Of a DNA stretch of 64,000 nt, positions 9,260-18,626 are shown piece after piece. Made by a program: the position numbers and the translations under genes. Position 1 is the first letter of the stretch. Every line of letters starts with the position of its first letter. The notes beneath the pieces are model-generated. The model was not told the DNA's origin. It saw nothing but the letters and a program-made list of their open reading frames with translations, and made no database searches. Origin of the DNA: Candidatus Poribacteria bacterium (GTDB lineage: Bacteria; Poribacteria; WGA-4E; WGA-3G); contig CAXXLX010000001.1 of the NCBI GenBank assembly GCA_963665235.2, positions 1,408,001 to 1,472,000 on the forward strand, in the 5' to 3' direction.

Positions 9260-10999
9260 GTGATAGAAACAATCTCTATCCGCAACATTGCCCTGATTGA
9301 TGCACTTGAATTGGAGCTTGCCCCGGGGTTGAACATCTTCACCGGTGAAACAGGTGCAGGAAAATCGGTTATCCTTCGAGCAATTGGTTTGGTTTTAGGT
9401 CAGCGGGCTCCCGCGGATATTGTTCGGTCAGGTAGCGATTCTGCGTTTGTAGAAATCGGTGTTATGCCACCGGCACCGCTGCCGCTATGGGATGCAAGCA
9501 CGCAGCTCGATGCCTGCGCCACTGCGGATACAAAAGACACAGTGATTCTTTCAAGGCGGATAACAGCTAATGGCAGGAATCGATGCCGTATCAACGGGCG
9601 CTTGGTGAACTTAAAACAGCTCCAGCAGCTCGGCAATTGGCTCGTTGATATCCACGGGCAGCATGAACATCAATCCCTATTTAGGACAGAAACACATCTC
9701 AACCTATTGGACGATTTCGGGGGCAGTAGCGAAGCGCGGCGGCACGTTAGTAAACTCTATCAGCAGCTCCAGACGCTGCAACAGGAGGCAGATAATCTCA
9801 CACATCAATTGAAAACGTCAGAACGGGAAAAGGACCTGCTTGAGTTTGAGATTCAGGAGCTTACGGATGCGAATCTTTCGGAAGGTGAAGAGGAAAAACT
9901 GACAGCGGAGGCACGCGTCCTGAACAACGCGGAAAAACTGTTTGAAGAGGCAACGGCTGCGTATGCACACATAGATGGCAGCAAACGCGGTTTTATAGAT
10001 GTAGGGACAAGTTCTAATTCTTCAGCACTCAGTCGGCTGCGAAGCTCGGCAAAAACGCTCGCAAAACTATGTGAATTGGATGAAAGTCTTTCCGGTTTCA
10101 GCAATCGTTTGGACTCTACACTTTACGAACTTGAGGATATCGCTTCACACATTCAGCAATACGCCAACACGGTGGAATTCAATCCGACTCGACTTACTGA
10201 AGTTACAGAGCGGTTAGCCCTTATCTCAAAACTGCGGCGGCGATACGGCAACACGATTTCGGAAATATTAGCTTACCAAGAGGAAGCCTCACATCGGCTG
10301 GCGGACCTACAGTTCGGTTCTGAAAAAATTGAGAGGCTCCAGACACAGATTCGCGAAACGAAATCGGAGGCAGAACAGGCGTGCATTGCGCTTTCTGCTA
10401 AACGTAAACATGTTGCCGAAAGACTTTCTCGACTTGTTGAGCGGGAGCTGCGAACGCTCGGTATGGACAAGGCCGATTTTTGGGTATCTGTACAGCCCAT
10501 CCAAGATGCAGGTGGCGCGCTGCAAATAGATGACGAACGCTATGCGTTCAGTGCTAGCGGTATTGACGAGGTTGAATTCTTAATTTCGCCTAACGTCGGG
10601 TCTGAAGCGCGGCCTTTAGTAAAAATTGCATCAGGTGGTGAAATCTCGCGCGTCATGCTTGCCCTAAAAACTGTTCTGGTTCAGGTAGACAGCATACCGA
10701 CACTACTTTTTGACGAAATTGATAGCGGTATCGGTGGAAAGGTCGCCGATGTAGTTGGCAAAAAATTGAAGGAGCTTGCTGAGTTCGCACAAGTTATCTG
10801 TATCACACATCTCCCCCAGATTGCCCGCTTCGCTGATAGGCATTTTCGGGTGGAAAAAGAGGTTGTCGGTGAAGAAACCCTGATTACCGCAAAACCGCTC
10901 ACAGCAGCGGAACGCGTCACAGAGATTGTGCGGATGCACGGCGGAAAAGAGACAGAAATAGGACTAGCTCATGCACGAGAATTATTAGATAGAACGTAA
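9260..10999 (+). CDS. recN: DNA repair protein RecN
   Basis: TGETGAGKS, IHGQHE, ASGGEISR, FDEID, CITHLPQ. Confidence 0.97.
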   Translation: MIETISIRNIALIDALELELAPGLNIFTGETGAGKSVILRAIGLVLGQRAPADIVRSGSDSAFVEIGVMPPAPLPLWDASTQLDACATADTKDTVILSRRITANGRNRCRINGRLVNLKQLQQLGNWLVDIHGQHEHQSLFRTETHLNLLDDFGGSSEARRHVSKLYQQLQTLQQEADNLTHQLKTSEREKDLLEFEIQELTDANLSEGEEEKLTAEARVLNNAEKLFEEATAAYAHIDGSKRGFIDVGTSSNSSALSRLRSSAKTLAKLCELDESLSGFSNRLDSTLYELEDIASHIQQYANTVEFNPTRLTEVTERLALISKLRRRYGNTISEILAYQEEASHRLADLQFGSEKIERLQTQIRETKSEAEQACIALSAKRKHVAERLSRLVERELRTLGMDKADFWVSVQPIQDAGGALQIDDERYAFSASGIDEVEFLISPNVGSEARPLVKIASGGEISRVMLALKTVLVQVDSIPTLLFDEIDSGIGGKVADVVGKKLKELAEFAQVICITHLPQIARFADRHFRVEKEVVGEETLITAKPLTAAERVTEIVRMHGGKETEIGLAHARELLDRT

Positions 11000-11056
11000 C
11001 CAAACTAAGGTTTACGCCCGTTAATGTGATAGTAATTATAGATTTCATTATAATTA

Positions 11057-11388
11057 CTAAACTTTGGACAATTTTAGGGAGGCACAACGTTCTTGTCAAA
11101 CGGATAGGTGGAAGGTTGGAAGAATGGAAGGGTGGAAGCGGGGAAGAGGTTTTTGAGGCGCGGCAGAGATATGCTTAGCGTCACAACCTTCTTGCTAACG
11201 GTTTCCAACGGTTTCCAATGGTTTCCAACATTCTATAAACATTCCGCCCCGTTGGGGAAACCGTGCTTTGGAAAACCCATCGGCGGAAACCATTTTTCTC
11301 CTGTTTGCATTTGTGTGAGGCACTTATAGAAAAATCAGAGATGCTTTGAAAGCGGGGATTCGGCTCACGGATATTGTCCAAACTATAG
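11057..11388. mobile_element. MITE-A (non-autonomous) with 16-bp TIRs and 8-bp TSD
   Basis: TIRs CTAAACTTTGGACAAT / ATTGTCCAAACTATAG (14 of 16 match). TATAATTA is duplicated at 11049-11056 and 11389-11396. The right part resembles 57984-58132. Confidence 0.78.
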
Positions 11389-11396
11389 TATAATTA

Positions 11397-11511
11397 CAGG
11401 ACTTACGCAGCGCATTGATAAGCCCTTATGATAATGGGCTTTAAAGGGAGACCTGGCGGGCGAGGTGACCTCGCCCCTACGAGGATATGTCTTAAATTTG
11501 CGTAAGTCCTG
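11397..11511. mobile_element. MITE-B with CAGGACTTACGCA TIRs carrying a REP-like hairpin
   Basis: Perfect 13-bp TIRs, AATTA on both flanks, internal GGGCGAGGTGACCTCGCCCCTAC hairpin. Confidence 0.8.
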
Positions 11512-11635
11512 AATTATAAAAGAGACGTAAGCCCAACCAACGGGCCGGGCTGGATATACGTAGATAGATGCCAGGCCTACATATAGCCTAACCGAACCGC
11601 AAGGAAATATTAAAAAACCGCAAGGAACTTTTAAA

Positions 11636-14600
11636 ATGGATGACCGAATTGAACAAGCAAACGGCACAAATGTGTATACAGGGTGTGAATTGCTAGTCAA
11701 AGGTGCATTAGAGAGCGGGGTGAGCTTGATGACCGGATATCCTGGCTCGCCGCTAGCGGAGGTTTTCGACGTTCTTCGGCGCAGTGCAAAACTGCTGAAA
11801 TCGAACGGCATTGTTGCACAGATAGCCAACAACGAGGCGTTGAGTATTGCGCGCTTGAATGGTTCACAGATGGCAGACATGCGAGCGATTGCGTTCATGA
11901 AAAGCGTCGGTCTGCATGTTGCCTCCGATGCACTTGCTATCAGCAACATCGCAGGTACCACCGGCGGTGCCGTCGTTGTTGTAGGCGATGATACGTGGTC
12001 CCATAGCACACAAGTGCCAGCGGATTCACGGTTTATGGCACGGCATCTCTATATGCCCCTACTAGAGCCAGCGACATGGCAGGAACTGAAGGATTGGATT
12101 GGATGTGCGTTTGAAATTTCGGATGCCGCAAACCTTTATGTCTGCTATCTCAGCACACAGAATCAAGCGGATGGGGGTGGAAACGTCGCGCTGCATCCGA
12201 ACCGGTATCCAGTCACAAATCGGAACGCACAAATAGAATTGGATACAACCTTAATTAATGGGGATGACCGCGTCGTGTTACCCCCGGATACCAGTCGTCT
12301 TGAGGTTGAAACACTTCGCGAACGTCTGCCGACCGCTCTTAAAACGGCGAAACAATTGGGACTCAATCAGATACGCTATCCACAACGTAGCCGCATCGGA
12401 TTTGTGACATCTGGTTTCAGTTATTGTTATCTGGAACATGCACTTTTGGAACTGAACCTCAACGGAAAAATTCCCATCCTCAAACTCGGCCTGACACATC
12501 CACTTGACCCGGACATATTCCGCGAGTTCGTAGAACAGGTCGATGAACTGTACATTATAGAAGAAAAACGGCCGGTCCTTGAAAACGAAATCAAGGCACT
12601 GCTAACACAGATGTATCAGGCGGACACCCTCAATCGATTTGTGAAAGTATGGGGAAAACAGTTCCCTGACGGTTTGCCCGGCATCCCCACAGCTGCAGGA
12701 TTAGACGCGTCCCTTCTCATTGAACGGTTGACTCCCCTTTTCTCAAAAATGGAAAAAACGGGTAACCTCAACAATATTCCTGTTGATACGACAGTTTTTG
12801 AACGAGCACAGGCGCACCAACAACAGGTAGCCGACTTGCAGATTGATATTCCAAAACGCTCTCCGACCTTCTGTCCCGGATGTCCGCATCGGGACTCCTC
12901 TAGTGTCCTGCTTGAAATTACGAAGCAATTTATGGACAAAGGCTACATGAAGAAGCATCATAACACACAACCGGTCGATCTGATTTTCCACGGGGATATC
13001 GGGTGTTATTCTATGCTCAAATACGAGCCGTTTCCGCGCCTCATGCACAACCTTTCCGCGATGGCCCTCGGCGGCGGCACAGGGGCAGGCATTGACCCGT
13101 TTATTGTCAATAAGCAGATTGTTTTTATGGGAGATTCAACCTTCTTCCATGGCGGCATGTCGGCAATTTCCGATTCTATCAAAAACAACCAGGATATCAC
13201 CTATATTATCCTAGACAACCAAACGACAGCAATGACAGGACACCAACCGACTCCTGCCGGCGAGGTGGACATCCTCGGCGAGCCGACCTTTGCACAAGAT
13301 ATTGAAAAAGTTGCACAAGGCCTCGCCGGAAATTCTAATATAGACATCGTTCGCACAAATCCGGAGGACCGACTGAACTATAAAAAATACCTTGAGAAGA
13401 CTATCCTGAAACCGGGTGTTAAAATTGTCGTCGCTGATAAAGAGTGTGCAATTACGTACCAGCGGCGATTACGGCGCGACAAACAGAAAATTAAGCAGAA
13501 AGATGGATTTTTGAAGGTCGAAAAACACATTAATATTACGCCAGAGGTCTGTGAATTTTGCTTGGCGTGCACCGAATCCACAGGATGCCCCGCCCTAAAA
13601 ATTATCGATACCGACTACGGGAACAAAATTGCAATTGACCGGTCTAATTGTGTAAGCGATGGGGCATGTGCGCGGATTAAATCGGCGTGTCCCTCCTTTG
13701 AAGAGGTGGTTGTTACGCGGAAACGGCCGCCTCGTCCCCAACAAACGTCGTCGGTAGGTCCGGTTGAACAAAATGGAGCCGAACACCTGAATCTTGAGCA
13801 TATCCTCAACGCGCCTTTACCGCCACCGGCACCCCCTACCTTTGACAAAGCGTGGAGTGTTTACGCAGCAGGCGTAGGCGGGATGGGCATCGGTCTGATT
13901 TCCAAAGTCCTTGTCGTTGCCGGACACCTCCAGGGCGTTGATGTACACTTCCATGACAGGAAAGGATTGGCAATTCGGAACGGCGGGGTCTATACGCATG
14001 TGACGTATACGAAACCCGGCGTACAGATTTCACCGATTATTCCGTACGGCAAGGCTGACCTCATCCTGGGGCTTGATATTTTAGAGGCGGTTCGCGGTAT
14101 GATGGCGGAGTCATTCGCCCGAGTCGCATCGCATGAAAGGACTGCTGCCGTTGTCAATACCGCCAAAACAGAGACAATGACAACGCTCATCGGCAAGGAT
14201 AGCTTTGATGTCGTCGATTTGGAAGAGACAATTTCGGAAAATACAAACGCCTACATCGGTCTGAATCTATTCAGCATCTCGGAACAGCTGTTCGGCAATA
14301 AACTGTATGCCAACATTATGCTACTAGGGGTTGCGTTCCAGCAGGGTTTGATACCGCTACAGCTTGAACCCCTAAAATTAGCACTGAAACAGATGGTCCG
14401 GCCCACCGATTTGGAACCGAATTTGAACGCCTTTGCAGTCGGTAGGTATCTCGCCGCGCAGCACGGTAAGAGCGATTTCGCAATTACAGATGAAAACTTA
14501 CGCTCACAACAATCTGCTGCTGAAATGGTGACAGAAAAAGCAAATATTCTCAGGGAGAAACGCAGCGGGAAACGTCTCGCTGCCGCATACCGTTCCCTCG

Positions 14601-15238
14601 TTGAAAACGCAATAGCGCAGATGTCCCTCGATGATGCAACACACCGAGACCTCGCCCTCTACACGTATGACCTAATTCAGTTTGAAAATTTGAACTATGC
14701 ACAGAGGTACGTGGAAAAGATTCGACAGATTTACGAAAAAGACTACGGAGATTATCGTGCCACAAAAGCCGCGATTAAATATCTACACAAGGTTATGCTG
14801 ATTAAGGACGAGGTATATGTCTCTCACCTATTGACGAGCAAGGAGAAGCTTGCACGGGATAAGGAACGTTATAACGTCGACACCGAAAACGGCGATAAAA
14901 TTCGATACCTGCATCTCAATCGACCCCATTTCACAGTTATGGGGTTAGATATCGAACGAGACTTCAACACCCGAAACTGGCAGCTGAACCTCATGAAGCG
15001 AATGAAGTTCCTGAGACGATGGCTCTCACAGTGGCATGCAAAAGAGAAGGCGTTCCGGGAATGGTACATCACCGAAGTGATAGACACGTTCGCGCCAACA
15101 GATGCTGAACAGTATGATAACCACGTCCGCGCTTTGGAGACAGTAGAGCAGGTTCGGGGCTATCGCGAAATTCGCTATCCGAAAATGGAGGAGGCGAAAC
15201 AGGAGGTCGTGAAGCTGCTCTCGCGGGAACAGGATTAA
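11636..15238 (+). CDS. Indolepyruvate ferredoxin oxidoreductase family, fused alpha/beta
   Basis: GYPGSPL, FCPGCPH, GDIGC, GDSTFFH, TAMTGHQ, ferredoxin Cys cluster, GVGGMG, KDEVYV. Confidence 0.9.
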   Translation: MDDRIEQANGTNVYTGCELLVKGALESGVSLMTGYPGSPLAEVFDVLRRSAKLLKSNGIVAQIANNEALSIARLNGSQMADMRAIAFMKSVGLHVASDALAISNIAGTTGGAVVVVGDDTWSHSTQVPADSRFMARHLYMPLLEPATWQELKDWIGCAFEISDAANLYVCYLSTQNQADGGGNVALHPNRYPVTNRNAQIELDTTLINGDDRVVLPPDTSRLEVETLRERLPTALKTAKQLGLNQIRYPQRSRIGFVTSGFSYCYLEHALLELNLNGKIPILKLGLTHPLDPDIFREFVEQVDELYIIEEKRPVLENEIKALLTQMYQADTLNRFVKVWGKQFPDGLPGIPTAAGLDASLLIERLTPLFSKMEKTGNLNNIPVDTTVFERAQAHQQQVADLQIDIPKRSPTFCPGCPHRDSSSVLLEITKQFMDKGYMKKHHNTQPVDLIFHGDIGCYSMLKYEPFPRLMHNLSAMALGGGTGAGIDPFIVNKQIVFMGDSTFFHGGMSAISDSIKNNQDITYIILDNQTTAMTGHQPTPAGEVDILGEPTFAQDIEKVAQGLAGNSNIDIVRTNPEDRLNYKKYLEKTILKPGVKIVVADKECAITYQRRLRRDKQKIKQKDGFLKVEKHINITPEVCEFCLACTESTGCPALKIIDTDYGNKIAIDRSNCVSDGACARIKSACPSFEEVVVTRKRPPRPQQTSSVGPVEQNGAEHLNLEHILNAPLPPPAPPTFDKAWSVYAAGVGGMGIGLISKVLVVAGHLQGVDVHFHDRKGLAIRNGGVYTHVTYTKPGVQISPIIPYGKADLILGLDILEAVRGMMAESFARVASHERTAAVVNTAKTETMTTLIGKDSFDVVDLEETISENTNAYIGLNLFSISEQLFGNKLYANIMLLGVAFQQGLIPLQLEPLKLALKQMVRPTDLEPNLNAFAVGRYLAAQHGKSDFAITDENLRSQQSAAEMVTEKANILREKRSGKRLAAAYRSLVENAIAQMSLDDATHRDLALYTYDLIQFENLNYAQRYVEKIRQIYEKDYGDYRATKAAIKYLHKVMLIKDEVYVSHLLTSKEKLARDKERYNVDTENGDKIRYLHLNRPHFTVMGLDIERDFNTRNWQLNLMKRMKFLRRWLSQWHAKEKAFREWYITEVIDTFAPTDAEQYDNHVRALETVEQVRGYREIRYPKMEEAKQEVVKLLSREQD

Positions 15239-15353
15239 TCTCGCTTCTCTAGCAGTAGCAAGCCACTCCGTAACGGAACACGTGAAGATGCGTGCAAACA
15301 GAAGCAGAATTCATTAACCCGCCGGCAACAACGACGCAGGCGATTAAGAGGCC

Positions 15354-16217
15354 ATGATTCAAAAAATTACAGGAAAAACTCGTATTGTTGGTGTTATCGG
15401 TGCCCCAGTCGAACATAGTCGTTCACCGCAAATGCACAACGCAGCACTCGCCAAAGCGAAGCTTGATTACGTCTATGTTCCGTTCCATGTTCCCGCGGAT
15501 GCGGTTGCGGCTGCGATAAACGGATTCAAAGCCCTTAACGTTGTCGGAATCAATGTCACGCTGCCGCACAAACATGCGGTTATTCCGTTTCTCACCTCTA
15601 TTTCGCGTGAAGCGGAGCTCATAGGGGCAGTGAACACGTTGACCTTTCAAGATAACGGAGACATACACGGTGATAACACGGATGCCCCCGGCTTCCTCCG
15701 GGCATTAGAGGAAATAGGTGCCCGTGTGCCTATAGGTGAAGCTGCCGTTGTGTTGGGTGCGGGGGGTTCCGCCCGAGCGGTTGTCGTCGCTTTGGCACTT
15801 GCCGGGGTGCGGTCCATCGTCATCGCGAACAGAACAATAGCGAAAGCGACCGCTCTATCAGCAGAGCTGTCTGAAAAAATCCGGAGTACAGATAACGTTT
15901 CCCTCACAGGCATCGGATTACAAGATTCCCGATTGCCGGAAGCAGTGAATAGCAGCGCGCTACTTGTCAATACCGCATCAGCAAGTATGGACGCTTCGCA
16001 CCCGCTTTTGATTAACCCGGATTGGCTTCAGCCAAGCACAACGGTTTACGATATTGTTTATACCCCTCCAATGACAGGCTTGTTAACAGCAGCAGCGGAA
16101 AAAGGATGTCCGATTGTTGGCGGCATCGGCATGCTAATACATCAGGGGGCAATCGCTTTTGAAAAGTGGACCGGTGTTAAACCTTGTATAGACACAATGC
16201 GAAAAGCACTCTTGTAG
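15354..16217 (+). CDS. aroE: Shikimate dehydrogenase
   Basis: HSRSPQMHN, NVTLPHK, GAVNT, NTD, GAGGSARA, YDIVY, MLIHQG. Confidence 0.96.
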   Translation: MIQKITGKTRIVGVIGAPVEHSRSPQMHNAALAKAKLDYVYVPFHVPADAVAAAINGFKALNVVGINVTLPHKHAVIPFLTSISREAELIGAVNTLTFQDNGDIHGDNTDAPGFLRALEEIGARVPIGEAAVVLGAGGSARAVVVALALAGVRSIVIANRTIAKATALSAELSEKIRSTDNVSLTGIGLQDSRLPEAVNSSALLVNTASASMDASHPLLINPDWLQPSTTVYDIVYTPPMTGLLTAAAEKGCPIVGGIGMLIHQGAIAFEKWTGVKPCIDTMRKALL

Positions 16218-16331
16218 TAGGCGCAAGCTCCGAGCGTGATAGAAGAAATTTTAAAGGAAGTTAATTTGAAATTTTTACGGTAGTAGGCATTCTCCGAATG
16301 CCCTGACTATTGGAAAACGGAAGGAACAGCT

Positions 16332-16430
16332 GTCAAGGCACCCCACCGCTTTGACATTATTTGTTAAGGAAAAAGGAGCGGGCATTCCGCCTCGCCTTAA
16401 AGGGATGAGGTTTCCTGCCCGAACGTTTTG
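16332..16430 (+). mobile_element. 99-bp internally deleted IscB/IsrB-type IS200/IS605 mini element
   Basis: Starts GTCAAGGCACCCC. Its right end AGGAGCGG..TCC..TAAAG..GGT.TCC..CCGAA..TTTTG|ATGA parallels the right end of the IsrB element at 34411-34466. Confidence 0.72.
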
Positions 16431-16724
16431 ATGAAAGATGAAGAACGGACAGAGGAAGAAAATACGCCTATTCGATTTTTCATTCTAGGTATCCCCTATT
16501 CTATCAAACCAACGGATGACTTAACCGCGGATGACATCGAAATCCTTGTTACCTATGTCAAGGAACGGATAGCGGGATACAGCCAAAAAGGGCACGATGA
16601 AGCACGGATTCCAATGCTCGTCGCTCTCGACATCGCGAACGAGCTGCGGGAATTGCAGCAGTACTATGAAATGCCGATTAACCGTGCGATTGATAAACTA
16701 AAGTTCGTCCTTGAATCTGAGTGA
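16431..16724 (+). CDS. zapA: Cell division protein ZapA family
   Basis: About 97 aa; ILGIPYSI, YVKERI, LVALDIANEL pattern. Confidence 0.75.
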   Translation: MKDEERTEEENTPIRFFILGIPYSIKPTDDLTADDIEILVTYVKERIAGYSQKGHDEARIPMLVALDIANELRELQQYYEMPINRAIDKLKFVLESE

Positions 16725-16904
16725 ACGGATGGTTAATGGTTGTTAGGGGAACGAGCTTCGGTTGCCTTCAGGCTTCAGTCCCTGATAACCGTTTAGTTGT
16801 CAGTCTTTAGATTAGCGCGCTTTGCGAATAGCTATCTGCTAACTGCCATTCTCGAATCATGTCGGGGTGAGCTCCCGAGCATGATATAGTGATGTAAGAA
16901 TTGT

Positions 16905-16933
16905 TTGAATTAAAACGATAGTTGTGTTATAAT
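16905..16933 (+). promoter_or_regulatory. Sigma70 promoter, probably the native promoter of the ompA-like gene
   Basis: TTGAAT-17-TATAAT with TGn. Confidence 0.6.
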
Positions 16934-16949
16934 ATTATAACCTATTTAA

Positions 16950-17477
16950 CACCTCCCGTCAAATCCCCATGCTTTAGCTTGTGGGATGTAGATGGCTCAC
17001 ACGTGCAAGGGCATCACGAACTGCCCAGCGAAAGAACTAAGGTGTAATGCCACATCGCAATAACCTATAAAGTCGGAGGATAGCGTCCTTAACAAGCCAA
17101 TGCAGTTGAAACTAAACTGTAGACTGGAATGCGTGAGCGGGGAGAGGAGCGGGCTGTTTGCCCGAATACTGGAAAACCGTATCCCCCGAAGTTTGAGGAG
17201 CGGGCTGTTTGCCCAAATACTGGACTTGTCGCGCGGCGTGCCTGGTAGGAAGGGCGGCTGTAAAACATGTGGAATCAGAGCCAGCATGCGACGTTAGCGA
17301 AAAACAAATCAAATGGGCGGGCATAGCCAGCACTCATCCAAGCTGATAAATCTGCTGAACGTTTAGCCAGCAGACAATCGCCCTAAGTGGAGCGGACGTA
17401 AGACGGTGGACGCTTAGCCAAAACCGCAGACCGCAAGGAAGCACAAGCCTCAGCATTTATGCTGTGGGTACTATGAC
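16950..17477 (+). mobile_element. Non-autonomous IS605/IS1341 derivative (tnpB deleted, right-end omegaRNA scaffold kept)
   Basis: Left hairpin preceded by AAAT with TTTAA flank; right hairpin preceded by CAAG and ending TGAC. tnpB start remnant at 17100; GTGGAG..GTAAGAC..GAAGC scaffold near the right end. Confidence 0.8.
17144..17224 (+). repeat. Two 30-bp palindromic direct repeats 21 bp apart
   Basis: GAGGAGCGGGCTGTTTGCCC(G/A)AATACTGGA at 17144-17173 and 17195-17224. Confidence 0.9.
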
Positions 17478-17529
17478 GATAGTACAAATATTTTGCACAC
17501 TTAACGCATCAATTTTTTGGAGGAATTCC

Positions 17530-18405
17530 ATGAAAACAAAAGGTAGATTTACTGTTGCTGCTCTTTTGATTTTAAGCATTGCCGTCATCGGTTGCGGTAA
17601 GTTAAATCAGGAAGAGTTTGAAATGTGGAAAAACGAACACGTCGCCCAGCTCGATAAGACCAATACAGAGATTAAAACGCAAATCTCTACTCTTGATGGA
17701 AAAGTCGAGCAGCAGGGGAAGGACACGATGGAGGCAATCTCTAAAGCGAAGGACGAGGCAATTGCTGCTTCGCAACAAGGAGATGCCGATACGATTGCTG
17801 CTGCCAACCAAAATACTAAGGAACAGCTTGCGAAATTTCGCTCAGACACAACAAAGAGTATTGAGGCACAAGGCAAAAAATCGATGGATTTCGCCAAGGC
17901 AGAAGTCGCGAAAGCCCAAAAAGATAGTAAGACAAATGCTGATGGCTTGAAGGCAGTGCTAAACGACATGAAGGCATTCGGCTCTCGGCTGATGGCACTT
18001 GAAGGAAAACTCGCTGAGCTGCAAATGGATGTTGCCGCAAAACCAACACTTCTCACTACCGTCAATTTCGCAAGTGGACAGACCGGGCTCTCAAGCACGG
18101 CAAAAGAGATGCTTGATGGTATCGTTGAGCAGATTATGGAAAATTCGGACGCTGAAATCCAGGTCATCGGACACGCAGACGGAGCCCCTGTCTTACGAGG
18201 CACCTATCGAAGCAACTGGGATCTGTCCCAAGCTCGCGCGAACGCAGCCGCCAAGTACTTGGCAAGCAAAGGGATTGATTCCAACCGAATCACATCTGTC
18301 GGCAAGGGACACACGAACCCTGTTGCTGCACAGAATACGGCAGCCGGCAGAGCCCTGAATCGACGGGTGGAAGTGATTCTTCATCCCCCGGGGTCCAGTA
18401 AGTAG
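17530..18405 (+). CDS. OmpA/MotB-family peptidoglycan-binding lipoprotein with coiled-coil linker
   Basis: GGAGG RBS, AVIGC lipobox, GHAD, NWDLSQARA, NRRVE. Confidence 0.88.
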   Translation: MKTKGRFTVAALLILSIAVIGCGKLNQEEFEMWKNEHVAQLDKTNTEIKTQISTLDGKVEQQGKDTMEAISKAKDEAIAASQQGDADTIAAANQNTKEQLAKFRSDTTKSIEAQGKKSMDFAKAEVAKAQKDSKTNADGLKAVLNDMKAFGSRLMALEGKLAELQMDVAAKPTLLTTVNFASGQTGLSSTAKEMLDGIVEQIMENSDAEIQVIGHADGAPVLRGTYRSNWDLSQARANAAAKYLASKGIDSNRITSVGKGHTNPVAAQNTAAGRALNRRVEVILHPPGSSK

Positions 18406-18487
18406 TCTCTCATCGCTTGGGGCTTGCGTGCCTCGGTCTACCGATACACGCTATACACCTATTGAGCTGAAGGGGGGGGTGCCAGCC

Positions 18488-18597
18488 GTAGCATAAACTG
18501 TTAGTTTGTGCCAACATCGATTGGGCATCCCTCTCTGCACACAATAATCACAATGTATAAACGAATATCCGTATAGCATAAACTGTTAGTTTGTGCC
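18488..18597 (+). repeat. Two REP-like TAGCATAAACTGTTAGTTTGTGCC hairpins
   Basis: Same family as 48663-48790 (opposite strand) and 57832-57856. Confidence 0.8.
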
Positions 18598-18626
18598 CCC
18601 TCCGACTCATAAACTTTGAGAAGCTT

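Noticed and set aside
11108-12009. Small ORFs at 11108-11329, 11181-11381 and 11383-12009
   Set aside because: They lie in MITE/REP DNA or antisense to the Ior gene and have no protein motifs.
16725-16900. 6S RNA expected downstream of zapA
   Set aside because: Only a ~70-nt GU-rich hairpin and a REP-like hairpin are visible, not a ~180-nt rod with central bubble; cmscan would settle it.
17144-17224. Bona fide CRISPR mini-array
   Set aside because: Only two repeats, a 21-nt spacer, no leader or cas gene; kept only as a repeat observation.
16997-17333. Small ORFs within the IS605 remnant
   Set aside because: Translations of repeats and tnpB debris; no intact domain.
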